Shown here: piece by piece, positions 1 to 9,743 of the stretch
Layout of the letters: each line of letters opens with the position of its first letter
Position numbering within the stretch: the stretch's first letter is position 1
Virus record (IMG/VR): IMGVR_UViG_3300042542_003356
Coordinates: 1,706-65,705 of that record
DNA length: 64,000 bases
Strand: one strand, 5' to 3'
Source of the DNA: a virus
Lineage: Duplodnaviria > Caudoviricetes
Notes under the pieces: model-generated
What the model was told of the DNA's origin: nothing
Database searches by the model: none
The model's input: only the letters and a program-made list of their open reading frames with translations
Program-made: the position numbers and the translations under genes

Positions 1-51
1 GATGGGTCTTTTATCTGATTGGCTAGATAAGTTTAAACTTACTAAAGCTTC

Positions 52-80
52 TTGACCTGACTACAATAATACGGTATAAT
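52..80 (+). promoter_or_regulatory. sigma70-type promoter, probably giving a leaderless mRNA
   Basis: TTGACC (52-57), 17 bp spacer, TATAAT (75-80). The ATG at 87 lies 6 nt after the -10 box and there is no SD. Confidence 0.75.
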
Positions 81-86
81 ATACAA

Positions 87-968
87 ATGATGGAACAAGA
101 TACAAAAGGTTGGAATGATCTTTCAGAATTAGAATCATACATTCCTCAAAAACCTGTTGTAAGTGGAAAAAATATACTTATTTGCGATGGCAATAACTTA
201 GGGTATAGATACTTACAGCGAAGAAATTACAATAACTTCAAGGATGATTATTGCAGAACAGTAGAGAGCCTAGCTAAAAGCTACGGCTGCAAGGATATTA
301 TAGTAGCCTTTGATTTTGGTAAAAGCTATTATCGAACTAACTTTTATCCTGAGTATAAAGCTACTCGTAAAAAGCCTCAAGACGAAAAAGAGAAAGAGCA
401 CTACGATCAGTTTTTTGCTTGTCTAAACGACGTAGCAGATACTATACCTTTCTCAGTAACTAAGTTTAGAGGAGTAGAAGCAGACGATCTGATAACCTAT
501 GCTGTTCTAAAAAATAGAAACACAGCAGATCATATTTGGGTTATTTCTAGCGATAGAGACATATATCAACTCCTAGACAAGAATATCAGCATTTTCAATA
601 TTTTCTCTAGAAAAGAGATTACCGTAGATTCTCTATATGAAAAACTACAAGTAACTCCTAAAGAGTATATGATATCTAGAATTATCTCTGGAGATAGTGG
701 AGATAATATCGTAGGTATTGAAGGTATAGGCGAAAAGCGTGCTACTGCTATAGCTAGAGAGCATAAAACTTTTACTGCTCTACTAGAGGCCTTACCACTA
801 AAAGGTAGATCTAAGTATATTCAAAATCTAAACGTAGGCAAAGATATACTAATTCGTAATGAGAAGTTAATTAACCTTATCAAATACAATGAAGAAGCTA
901 TCCTATCAGGAAAAGGCGAAGAGATAAATTTGGAGACGTTAAATGCAATCACAACCTTTAACCATTAA
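87..968 (+). CDS. T5 D15-like flap endonuclease / 5'-3' exonuclease
   Basis: Motifs DGNNL, FDFGKSYYR..YPEYKATR, GVEADD, SSDRD and GDSGDNIVGIEGIGEKRA (H3TH). Followed by dUTPase as in T5. Confidence 0.93.
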   Translation: MMEQDTKGWNDLSELESYIPQKPVVSGKNILICDGNNLGYRYLQRRNYNNFKDDYCRTVESLAKSYGCKDIIVAFDFGKSYYRTNFYPEYKATRKKPQDEKEKEHYDQFFACLNDVADTIPFSVTKFRGVEADDLITYAVLKNRNTADHIWVISSDRDIYQLLDKNISIFNIFSRKEITVDSLYEKLQVTPKEYMISRIISGDSGDNIVGIEGIGEKRATAIAREHKTFTALLEALPLKGRSKYIQNLNVGKDILIRNEKLINLIKYNEEAILSGKGEEINLETLNAITTFNH

Positions 969-1422
969 TGTTAAGGTAGAAAAAACCGGCAAGGCTCACG
1001 TCTTGGAGAAGAAGCTAGACATTAGTTGGGATATCGCTAGACATTTCGATTTTGATGCTGGATATGACGTTAGAGCCGCTATCTACGAACCTTTAACTAT
1101 ATTTAGTAGAAAGTTTGAAGTAATTCCTATAGGTCTGAAATTTGAAATTCAAGATCCTTATTGGGAGATACAAGTCAGATCCAGAAGTGGCTTAGCGGCT
1201 AAACATGGCGTATTCGTACTGAACAGCCCTGGAACTGTAGATTATGGATATAGACAAGAGGTTCAAGTAATTCTATTTAATAACGGAAGTAAGGATTTCG
1301 TAGTGAATCCGGGAGATAGAATTGCACAGATGTGTGTAAGACCTGTTCCTCAAGTATCTTTCACCTACGGACAGGTAGAAGAAACTATACGTGGAGGATT
1401 TGGTAGCTCCGGTGTATCCTAA
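943..1422 (+). CDS. dut: trimeric dUTPase
   Basis: Motifs AGYD, RSRSGLA, GTVDYGYR, GDRIAQ and RGGFGSSG. Confidence 0.95.
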   Translation: MQSQPLTINVKVEKTGKAHVLEKKLDISWDIARHFDFDAGYDVRAAIYEPLTIFSRKFEVIPIGLKFEIQDPYWEIQVRSRSGLAAKHGVFVLNSPGTVDYGYRQEVQVILFNNGSKDFVVNPGDRIAQMCVRPVPQVSFTYGQVEETIRGGFGSSGVS

Positions 1423-1600
1423 TAAATATTTTGATTGGTTCTTATTAGTAATAAGTATATCAATGACCATATTTGTGTATGTTGCACATGGGCCATATTT
1501 CTACTTATTTATGAGCCTAGTATATATCGTAACAATGTTTTTACTAATCAAAGCCTTGTTCGATTTTAATAATAGAATGAAAAGGTGGTTAAAATTCTAA
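1391..1600 (+). CDS. small membrane protein with two TM segments
   Basis: Two hydrophobic stretches and a basic C-terminus; fills the gap between dut and thyX. Start uncertain. Confidence 0.55.
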   Translation: MEDLVAPVYPNKYFDWFLLVISISMTIFVYVAHGPYFYLFMSLVYIVTMFLLIKALFDFNNRMKRWLKF

Positions 1601-2280
1601 TGATTGTTAGACTAATAAGTTACTCTCAACCTACCGACGAACTATATAATCAAGGTATAGTAGATGCTCAGGAATTAGTTGCATATTGCGCTAGAGTATC
1701 TAATCCTACAAATCAATTTAATACCGAAACTAGTGAAAAACTTATCAGATATCTCATTAAGAATAAGCACTGGTCGCCTTTAGAGATGGTAAATGTATGC
1801 CTAGAGGTTGAAACTACTAGAGACATAGCTCATCAAATAATTCGTCATAAGAGTTATGCCTTTCAAGAGTTCTCACAAAGATATGCAGAACCTAAAGAAC
1901 TAGGAAATATGTTTGAATTTAGGGAAACTAGATTTCAAGATACTAAGAATAGGCAAAAATCTATAGACCTAGATCCTGCAGACCCTAGCCAAGTAGACAT
2001 AGATAAAACTTGGCAAGAATATCAACGAGCTATTGCATACTTAGCTGGAGAATATTATAAGTGGGCTGTAAGCAATGGAATTGCTAAGGAGCAAGCTAGA
2101 GCAATACTTCCAGAAGGTTTAACTAAAACTAGACTATATATGAATGGAAGTCTACGTAGTTGGATACATTATATAGAATTGCGTAGTGATAATGGAACCC
2201 AAAAAGAGCATATGTTAATTGCTAAAGAATGTGCTAAAGTAATTAATCAAGTCTTTCCAATGATGAAAACCCCGGAATAA
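1600..2280 (+). CDS. thyX: flavin-dependent thymidylate synthase
   Basis: ARVS, HWSPLE, RHKSYAFQEFSQRY (RHR-x7-S variant), EQARAILP and TQKEH. ATG at 1600 follows AGGTGG; an alternative GTG start lies at 1585. Confidence 0.93.
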   Translation: MIVRLISYSQPTDELYNQGIVDAQELVAYCARVSNPTNQFNTETSEKLIRYLIKNKHWSPLEMVNVCLEVETTRDIAHQIIRHKSYAFQEFSQRYAEPKELGNMFEFRETRFQDTKNRQKSIDLDPADPSQVDIDKTWQEYQRAIAYLAGEYYKWAVSNGIAKEQARAILPEGLTKTRLYMNGSLRSWIHYIELRSDNGTQKEHMLIAKECAKVINQVFPMMKTPE

Positions 2281-2296
2281 CTTCCGGGGTTTTTTT
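2266..2296. terminator. bidirectional rho-independent terminator
   Basis: AAAACCCCGGAA-TAAC-TTCCGGGGTTTTTTT between convergent transcription units. Confidence 0.85.
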
Positions 2297-2549
2297 ATTT
2301 AGTCTTCTTTTTAGACCTAATATTTTTAGCAGGTTTAGGCAATTTATTAGACGATGTAGATTCCACAGAACCCATTGGTAATCCTAGAGTCGGTTTACCG
2401 CTAAGTCTGTAATAAGTGCTATCAACTTTAAATTGCTGACCATACTGTTTAGGAACGGTTGGATGGTTCTTACCGTAATCCAATCCGCCATGTGGGTATG
2501 GATGGCCTTCTAATTTAACTTTAGGTTTCTTTATTTTTTTGGTAGCCAT
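2295..2549 (-). CDS. small basic hypothetical protein with TYYRxSGxPTLGxPMG motif
   Basis: 84-aa Lys-rich ORF; the motif is shared with the ORF at 2747-3031. Confidence 0.7.
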   Translation of the reverse strand: MATKKIKKPKVKLEGHPYPHGGLDYGKNHPTVPKQYGQQFKVDSTYYRLSGKPTLGLPMGSVESTSSNKLPKPAKNIRSKKKTK

Positions 2550-2550
2550 T

Positions 2551-2745
2551 TTACTTAGAACTATTTACTGGCTTTTCTTGGCCATAGTCTAAATGTCTTC
2601 TAGATTTATCGGTTTTTACACCTGCATTAATGCCGTTATATGTAGGTTTAAGAGTATCATTAACCTCATCGACATCGCGTCCAGTAACATTTCCGTAAGT
2701 GCTACGGTTAGCCATAATTCTACCAGACCCTAACGGTTTCGCCAT
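2551..2745 (-). CDS. small hypothetical protein
   Basis: ORF coupled to its neighbours; likely start MAKPLG at 2745. Confidence 0.6.
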   Translation of the reverse strand: MAKPLGSGRIMANRSTYGNVTGRDVDEVNDTLKPTYNGINAGVKTDKSRRHLDYGQEKPVNSSK

Positions 2746-2746
2746 A

Positions 2747-3031
2747 TTAGTTTCTCGCACTATTATTTGGAGCCATATTAGGAACGGTGATCTTCTTTAG
2801 AGGTGACCCTGAGTGAGAAGAAGCTGGTCTATCTGGTCCGCCCATTGGATTGCCAAGTGTTGGGCCGCCAGATACGCGATAATATGTTTCTGCATTCTTT
2901 AGATCATACTTAGTTGTACCAGTAGCTGTTCCACTGCCTGGCTTGGTACTATTAGAATCTGTACCGCCTACAGGGGTTAGTTTATGCTTCATTAGCATTG
3001 GCTTACCGCTTGTTTCGTTATTCATGCCCAT
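2747..3031 (-). CDS. small hypothetical protein with TYYRxSGxPTLGxPMG motif
   Basis: AAGGAG SD before the ATG at 3031; low-complexity G/T/P/K sequence. Confidence 0.7.
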   Translation of the reverse strand: MGMNNETSGKPMLMKHKLTPVGGTDSNSTKPGSGTATGTTKYDLKNAETYYRVSGGPTLGNPMGGPDRPASSHSGSPLKKITVPNMAPNNSARN

Positions 3032-3041
3032 GTTAATCTCC

Positions 3042-3161
3042 TTATTTCTTTGCACCCTGCTTCTTCATAATCATTTTCTGAAGTGCAGGAGGAAGTTTCT
3101 TTTGTTTAGCGGTTAGACCCGCATCTTTTTTCATTGTATCTTTTTTTGAAGCTTTTGCCAT
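3042..3161 (-). CDS. 39-aa Lys-rich peptide (MAKASKKDTMKKDAGLTAKQKKLPPALQKMIMKKQGAKK)
   Basis: Translated by hand (not in the ORF track); AAGGA SD upstream. Confidence 0.65.
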   Translation of the reverse strand: MAKASKKDTMKKDAGLTAKQKKLPPALQKMIMKKQGAKK

Positions 3162-3211
3162 TTTAGATTTCCTTATAGTTGAGCTCTCTTGAAGAAAACT
3201 AGGAGCTATAC

Positions 3212-3520
3212 TCATTTTTTTACAATATCATCTAGCTTTATTTCAAGCTGCATTTCTTCTTGCTCTGACATTTCGTCTGACTCTTCTGAGTCCTCTTCTT
3301 CACTTTCTGAATTAGCTGATTCCATCTCTTGATTAGAAAATTTCATATAGCTATAAACAGCACTGACATAGTAGTCTAGTTTAGAGAATTTATCTTGAAG
3401 CCAAGCAGGTAATTGTTGTTCATCTTTTATCATAGGAAGAAGTTCTTGAGAAAATACAATAAGTTTTCTTAGTGTATTTTTAGCCATTTCTCCTTCATAA
3501 TCATATTCTTTATTTTTCAT
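3212..3520 (-). CDS. hypothetical protein with acidic tail
   Basis: 102-aa ORF, EGEMAK...LPAWLQDK, overlapping the upstream stop. Confidence 0.7.
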   Translation of the reverse strand: MKNKEYDYEGEMAKNTLRKLIVFSQELLPMIKDEQQLPAWLQDKFSKLDYYVSAVYSYMKFSNQEMESANSESEEEDSEESDEMSEQEEMQLEIKLDDIVKK

Positions 3521-3663
3521 TTTTTAGCCTTCTTAGGTTTATTAGACTTACCTGCACTAGATAAAGCAATGGCTACTGCTTGTTTTTGCGGGTAGCCTTC
3601 TTTTACCATTTTACTTATGTTTGAAGAAATTGTTTTTTGTGACTTACCTTTTTTTAGTGGCAT
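3517..3663 (-). CDS. 48-aa basic peptide ([39 protein letters not shown]...)
   Basis: Translated by hand; AAGGAG SD. Resembles the common phage PLKKG...QAVAIAL small-protein family. Confidence 0.75.
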   Translation of the reverse strand: MPLKKGKSQKTISSNISKMVKEGYPQKQAVAIALSSAGKSNKPKKAKK

Positions 3664-3716
3664 ATTAACTCCTTATATTCTATATAACTGAATGTTTTTT
3701 GACAAAGTTAATTTTA

Positions 3717-5693
3717 TTAATTTGTGAAAGCTCTTATTAATACTCGTAGTCCAGCAGGCACTGAGCTGTCAGTATACTGTATTGTATCATTCGCTATGTT
3801 GTAGACAAAATCTACTCCATTAACTTGATCGATTCCGTTAAGAGAGCTGTATACATAGCTTAAGCTAGCAGGACTATTTGCGCTTACTCTAACAAAGAAG
3901 CAATTGCTAGTTCCGGAGCTTACATTAGTATTATATCTAGGTTGAAGATTTAACCCCAAAGCGCCATCTACATAGGCTTTAGTAGCAGCATTACTAGCAC
4001 TAGTAGGAGGTCCAGACAGAGTTAGTTCACCCGTCATAGTATCTCCTGCTTTAGATACCTTAGCGTTTACGTTACTTTGAACGGAGTTCAAATTAGCGTT
4101 TAAACTGGTATAAGTATTAAAATCATTAGCTAAAGCAGCTAAATATGTAGTATAATCATTACCTCTAGCAGAAAGTAGAGTAGCTCCATCATTGGCTAAG
4201 GCAGCTAAATATGTTACGTGGTCATTCTGACGAGCCGTTAAGAGTGTGGCTCCGTCATTGGCTAAGGCAGCTAAATATGTTACGTGGTCATTCTGACGAG
4301 CCGTTAAGAGTGTGGCTCCGTCATTGGCTAAGGCAGCTAAATACGTTACGTGGTCATTCTGACGAGCAGAAAGTAGAGTAGCTCCATCATTTGCAGCTAA
4401 TGTAGAATAAGTATTCCAGTCATTACTACGCGCAGTTAGTAAGGTAGCTCCATCATTAGCGGCTAAAGTAGAATATGTAGACCAATCATTAGCTTGATAG
4501 TCTCTAGTTCTAGCTATGTCATCAGCTGATGTTAAAGTACCTACTCCAACTCTAAACTTAGAGACAGATGCAGAAGCATAAATTAAATTAGCTAATAATG
4601 CGCTACTAGTTCCTGCTACTTGAATACCAGAGCCTTCAGCCAATGCATCTGTGCTATTCCAATTTATAATTATAGTTTTATCTTCGGTAGAGATATTTGA
4701 TACATTTGCAGTAACGCTATCTCCTAGTATAAATAAATTACCTTCGATTACTAAATCTCTAGCAAAAGTTTTATTACTTGTAAATTTTACTGTAGAATCA
4801 TTGATAATAGCATTGTAAGTATTATAATCATTACTTCTTGCAGTTAATAAAGTAGAATGATCGTTACCTTGCGCACTATTCCACGTTGCAAGGTCATTAG
4901 CACGCGCGCTCAATAAGGTAGAGTGATCATTGCCTTGCGCGCTATTCCATGTTGCAAGGTCATTAGCACGCGCAGATAAAAGAGTAGAGTGATCATTGCC
5001 CTGTGCGCTATTCCACGTTGTAAGGTCATTAGCACGCGCGGATAGAAGAGTAGAGTGATCGTTACCACGTGCTGTGGCTAAAGTAACTCCATCGTTTGCT
5101 TGAGCAGCTAGATAAGTATTATAGTCATTAGCAGCAATTTGTAGATAAGTATTATAATCATTAGCAAAATACCAATTATTAGCAGTTGCTACGTTAGCCA
5201 CAGCGTTAGGAGAAGCACTTAAATTCAAAATATCTAAGTTACTTGCTAAAAGAACATCTGCGCCTGCAAAAATACCACCTCTAACGTTTAATATATAAGT
5301 ATTAGATGTGGGTAATATATTAGAAGTAGTTCTTCCAATACTAATACTGTTACTAGAGATTAATAAACCAGGTCCGCCAGCAGTTGATTCTATGCTAAAT
5401 ACATTTTCTGGTCTAGTTAGAACTGTTCTGGAATATACTCCATATTTGAAGAGCTCAATATCATTTACAAAATAATTAGTAATTGAAAATTTACTATTGG
5501 CAGTATAGCCATAAGCATTAGCGTTTGAATCAAACCAGCTATAGAAACTGCCTACATTAGCAGAATTAACACTGATATTAGAGAATATATTTGACCCGGC
5601 TAGATGTCTAGATTCAATAGCAGCATTAGCTATTTGAGAAGAACCAATTACATTACTTCCAATTACTGAACTTGTTATTTTAGTTAATGCCAT
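3717..5693 (-). CDS. tail fibre protein with 11-aa ND repeats
   Basis: NDxxTxLxAxA repeats and fibre motifs KAGDTMTG and AATKAYVD. Confidence 0.75.
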   Translation of the reverse strand: MALTKITSSVIGSNVIGSSQIANAAIESRHLAGSNIFSNISVNSANVGSFYSWFDSNANAYGYTANSKFSITNYFVNDIELFKYGVYSRTVLTRPENVFSIESTAGGPGLLISSNSISIGRTTSNILPTSNTYILNVRGGIFAGADVLLASNLDILNLSASPNAVANVATANNWYFANDYNTYLQIAANDYNTYLAAQANDGVTLATARGNDHSTLLSARANDLTTWNSAQGNDHSTLLSARANDLATWNSAQGNDHSTLLSARANDLATWNSAQGNDHSTLLTARSNDYNTYNAIINDSTVKFTSNKTFARDLVIEGNLFILGDSVTANVSNISTEDKTIIINWNSTDALAEGSGIQVAGTSSALLANLIYASASVSKFRVGVGTLTSADDIARTRDYQANDWSTYSTLAANDGATLLTARSNDWNTYSTLAANDGATLLSARQNDHVTYLAALANDGATLLTARQNDHVTYLAALANDGATLLTARQNDHVTYLAALANDGATLLSARGNDYTTYLAALANDFNTYTSLNANLNSVQSNVNAKVSKAGDTMTGELTLSGPPTSASNAATKAYVDGALGLNLQPRYNTNVSSGTSNCFFVRVSANSPASLSYVYSSLNGIDQVNGVDFVYNIANDTIQYTDSSVPAGLRVLIRAFTN

Positions 5694-5702
5694 TGATTCT
5701 CC

Positions 5703-6620
5703 TTATCTAACATCGGGCAACATACTTCCGTACATATTAGTCCCATCAGATACAAATGAAAACATATCTCTTCTACTAGCTGTAGTAGTAAGAGTAGGAG
5801 CGACTCCTGCCGGCCATTTAAATACACTATTCCAGTTTAGAGTGCGACCGCCTACTCCGTCTTGTATAACATGAAGTATGTAAGTTCCTACTCTCATATT
5901 ACCGGGAGCCGCAACAGTCCTATTACCTCCAAGAGTTACAGTCGCTACTTGTCCTAAAAATAGATCCCAAGATATAGTAGCCCCATCTGTAAGAGTCTGT
6001 GTAGAGGCGTTCGCATAAGCAGTATTATATGAACCATATACTGTAAGTTGATGGTTACTGCTAAGAGTAGTGCTACCTACAGTTAATTTACCATCGGTGT
6101 TAAATTTTAAGTTACCGCCTGTTGCTAATTTTGCATCAGTTATTGCAGAGTCTGCCACGATGGTAGAAGTTACAGAACCCGTCGGCGGCACTCCTACATC
6201 TACTATAAAAGGGCTACTGTTAGAATATTTCATATACATTCTAGCATTAGCAGCAGGTCCGCCCGTATATGTAGTGCTAAAGAATTCACCTATCTCATAA
6301 GTTCCTATATTAGCAACAGCATGTACTAAATCTTTTTCTATACGGTATCCTATACCGTATCTAGAAAGATTTTGTCCTAAAACAGAATTTTTATTGAAAG
6401 TACTATCTACCTTATAAAGGGCTCCAGTTGTTGCATCTACATACAACATACCATTTGGAGGAGCGGTAGCTCCTCCTTCGTATGTTATATTTGTAGAGTT
6501 AGGTATACCAGAACTATAAAAATTTTGTAATAAAGCAAACAGAGTTTCATTTATTTGAATTCTAGCAGTTCCTAAAGAGGTGCTCGATGTAGGCGTTGAA
6601 AATGTATTTGAACTTGGCAT
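5703..6620 (-). CDS. tail fibre / collar-associated protein
   Basis: Lies in the tail-tip operon. Its C-terminal ~100 aa is paralogous to that of 55773-56840. Confidence 0.65.
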   Translation of the reverse strand: MPSSNTFSTPTSSTSLGTARIQINETLFALLQNFYSSGIPNSTNITYEGGATAPPNGMLYVDATTGALYKVDSTFNKNSVLGQNLSRYGIGYRIEKDLVHAVANIGTYEIGEFFSTTYTGGPAANARMYMKYSNSSPFIVDVGVPPTGSVTSTIVADSAITDAKLATGGNLKFNTDGKLTVGSTTLSSNHQLTVYGSYNTAYANASTQTLTDGATISWDLFLGQVATVTLGGNRTVAAPGNMRVGTYILHVIQDGVGGRTLNWNSVFKWPAGVAPTLTTTASRRDMFSFVSDGTNMYGSMLPDVR

Positions 6621-6623
6621 TAC

Positions 6624-9600
6624 TTATGCTCCATCTGCTTTGATATCTACGGTAATACCTGTAACAGATACTCCATTGCTAGAATAATATAGAGATATGC
6701 CGCATTGATTATTAGTTTTACCTGTAATAATTGGCACTACTGGATCTGTGCCAGATGTTTGACTAACTGTTATAGTAGGGACTACAGTAAATCCAGCAGC
6801 ACTGTAATCTATAGTAGTATTACTAGAATTTATCGTATTACTAGTAGAAAATACTTTTCTAGTTAAGTTAACTGCATATCTAAGCTTATCCAATATAGTA
6901 GACACTTGTCCGGGTTTGGAATTTACTATAGAAACTCTAAGTTGGAAATGTCTAAAAGTAATATCAGATTCAGTTAAAGGAGCGTAACCATCGTTGGTTG
7001 CAAATCCTACGAAAGCATTAGTATTAACTTGATTATTACCAGAGTAATAAACATTACTAGCAGTTGAATATCTTAAGTCTACGTTGTAAGATATAGAATT
7101 ACTTGGCCCCTCAAAAGTAGATGTTAATCTGTCATTATACTGTGTTAAATTAACTAATGCATAAGAAGTAGCACTTCCACTTAAATTAGCTAATATATTG
7201 CTACCTGTAGACACTCCATTTGCAAAATAAGTATTACTAAATTGAATTATGCCTAAAGAAGAATTTGTCACACTAAGTATAAGGGCATAACTATTAGCGT
7301 TTGATACATCATCAACAAACTGTCCATAGTTCCATATAGCATAAACATTACCACTAGGACCTCCGCTTGTCAATGTTTTATTATCTGTATCATACGTTGC
7401 TATATCTAAAAACGTTGTAAGAGCGCTATCTTGAAAAAATCCAGGACTTTGTAAGGCGTCAGATACCCCAACGAGAACATTTTCTTTAAAATCATTGTAT
7501 GTTGAAGTAACACTTTGAATAACGTTTACACTAGATACTAACCTGCCAGTAATAAGTTGTCCTAAATCTCTTATTTGAGTATAATATACCGCATTAGCAG
7601 ACGCATTAAGATCTGTAACGCCTACACCAACAGTAAATCCAGTAGAAGTTCCATTAGAATTATCAACTATACTTCTACCTGCTCCTGCTATTCCTCCATA
7701 AACAGAATTAGCAAAACTTGGATAATAATATTCAAAATAATTATTATTAGTAGATCCAGATATATAGTCATTTGCACCTGGATTATCTTCGCTGAACGCT
7801 CTAAAAGTAAACAAGCTAGCTGGTCGTATAGTAGTTATAGTAAATATAGCTATATCAGATGCTTCACACTGATTACCTGTTGTATCTCTAGTTCTTAATA
7901 AGTAAGTAAAAGTACCATACTCTCTAACAGGCGCATTTAAGAAACTTACGTTAGCAAAAGCAGATCCTATACTTGTTGAGGATTCCCAGTTAGATTCTGT
8001 GACAGAACTATAAGTTCCTGTTAATTGTTTTATCTCAAATTGATATAAGTCTATTTCTAGAGGATCACCGTTTTGATCTCTAGGAACTGTCCAAGAGAAT
8101 AAAATTTGATCTCCAAGTTGACTGGCTGAAAAACGGGTTACTCCGTCTGGTTTAGCAGTTTTACCCACTATATCTGCTGAGGTTTCTGTAGTAATACCTC
8201 TGATATCATTATTAAGAGGTGTAACTCTAGCATAAAAACGATAATTACCAGCAGAGGCACCTCTTTCTATATTATCAATCTTAAAATATAATTTTCCGTC
8301 TTCTGCTATACCGCTAGCAGACACTTTTACAGTAGTATAAGTAAGCAGATCAGCTCCAGAACTATTATCTTCTATTTTATAAGATATTTCATAGTCTGTA
8401 ACAGATTGATTAACTATAGGAGTAAAATTTATAGTAGCTCTAACAGCAATACCAACTTGTTTATCTCTGTAAAGAGATTCAGATATTTGTAAATCTGTTA
8501 CTTTTCCTATCGGTAAAGTATCAATATTTACCTGTTTAGTAGAATATGCGCTTTTTCTATTAAAACTATTCTTATTTCTAGCTCTTACAACATAACTTCC
8601 TGGGGCTATGTTTTTTATCTTTCCTTCTTTACTTATGTCTAAGGATTCAAAAGTTTTACTTAAACTTACGTTATATACTTTATAAGATCCTAATTCGTAA
8701 ACTCCTGGATATATTGTGTTGTCATAGTCCAAAGTGAATGTATTAGCTGTAGCATTCAAATTTCCTACAGTGCCTTGAATATCATTAGATATATTTACGC
8801 CCGTAACTCCAGATATATTAGCAGTAAGCGATGTAGCAAATTTAACTCTGTAAATACAATTAGTAGTTAAATAGGCGTTATAACTAGGGCTTGAAGAATT
8901 GTAACTAGTCTCAGAAACAGCATAGATATTACCAGAAAACAAAGAAATATTATCTCCCGGTTCTATGATAGGGACAGTATAGTGGTTTGTTCTTACGGTA
9001 AGAACTTTTCCAGTTCCAGTCTGGACAGTAATATTAGATTTACTATCCCAAGTAAAAACACCTTGAGCTTGTTCTTGGTTATCAATATATACTGAAATTG
9101 CAGTCTTATATCTTGGTACTATGTTTATATCAACAGTAGAAGATCCTGCAACAGCTATAGCCTCAATATTAAAAGTCTTTGTAAATATATGTGAATATCC
9201 TTCTAGATACACGCTATTATTATTAAATTTAGTCTGATCTAAAAGTTGACTTATTTTTAAGTAGAAAGGAGGCTCAGGTAAACTATCTAATAAGAAAGTC
9301 TCTGGGTGGTTAGCGCTTACACTATTATTAACCTTTAAAGTATTATTACTTAAGTTAAAACTCTCTATAGGCATACTAATCTGCGTTACAATAGGATTAT
9401 ATCCTACATGTCCTATATCTGCACCCGTATCTGTTTTCTCATTAATAGGTATTCCTACATAATCAATACCCTTTAGGTTACCAAAAACAGCAGGGTCATC
9501 ATTAACTAATAATACATTTTTATTAAAGTTTAAGTCTATTGCACTAGCTAATCCAGTAACAGTAAATTCTAAGTTACCATTTTTTATAGTTCTATCTCCA

Positions 9601-9743
9601 GTAACATCTACTCTATTTACTGATGTGCATAACAGAGGTATAGATCCTAGAAGGGTATTAAATCCATTTTTGCCTACCAGAGCTACTCCGATACCATTAG
9701 ATATATTAGAAGTATTTTCTACGGTTATTGTTTTATATGCCAT
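6624..9743 (-). CDS. central tail fibre / FnIII-containing tail-tip protein
   Basis: FnIII-like segments (YVVRARNKN, VGKTAKPDGV...ILFSW, YLLRTRDTTGN); follows the J-like hub. Confidence 0.7.
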   Translation of the reverse strand: MAYKTITVENTSNISNGIGVALVGKNGFNTLLGSIPLLCTSVNRVDVTGDRTIKNGNLEFTVTGLASAIDLNFNKNVLLVNDDPAVFGNLKGIDYVGIPINEKTDTGADIGHVGYNPIVTQISMPIESFNLSNNTLKVNNSVSANHPETFLLDSLPEPPFYLKISQLLDQTKFNNNSVYLEGYSHIFTKTFNIEAIAVAGSSTVDINIVPRYKTAISVYIDNQEQAQGVFTWDSKSNITVQTGTGKVLTVRTNHYTVPIIEPGDNISLFSGNIYAVSETSYNSSSPSYNAYLTTNCIYRVKFATSLTANISGVTGVNISNDIQGTVGNLNATANTFTLDYDNTIYPGVYELGSYKVYNVSLSKTFESLDISKEGKIKNIAPGSYVVRARNKNSFNRKSAYSTKQVNIDTLPIGKVTDLQISESLYRDKQVGIAVRATINFTPIVNQSVTDYEISYKIEDNSSGADLLTYTTVKVSASGIAEDGKLYFKIDNIERGASAGNYRFYARVTPLNNDIRGITTETSADIVGKTAKPDGVTRFSASQLGDQILFSWTVPRDQNGDPLEIDLYQFEIKQLTGTYSSVTESNWESSTSIGSAFANVSFLNAPVREYGTFTYLLRTRDTTGNQCEASDIAIFTITTIRPASLFTFRAFSEDNPGANDYISGSTNNNYFEYYYPSFANSVYGGIAGAGRSIVDNSNGTSTGFTVGVGVTDLNASANAVYYTQIRDLGQLITGRLVSSVNVIQSVTSTYNDFKENVLVGVSDALQSPGFFQDSALTTFLDIATYDTDNKTLTSGGPSGNVYAIWNYGQFVDDVSNANSYALILSVTNSSLGIIQFSNTYFANGVSTGSNILANLSGSATSYALVNLTQYNDRLTSTFEGPSNSISYNVDLRYSTASNVYYSGNNQVNTNAFVGFATNDGYAPLTESDITFRHFQLRVSIVNSKPGQVSTILDKLRYAVNLTRKVFSTSNTINSSNTTIDYSAAGFTVVPTITVSQTSGTDPVVPIITGKTNNQCGISLYYSSNGVSVTGITVDIKADGA

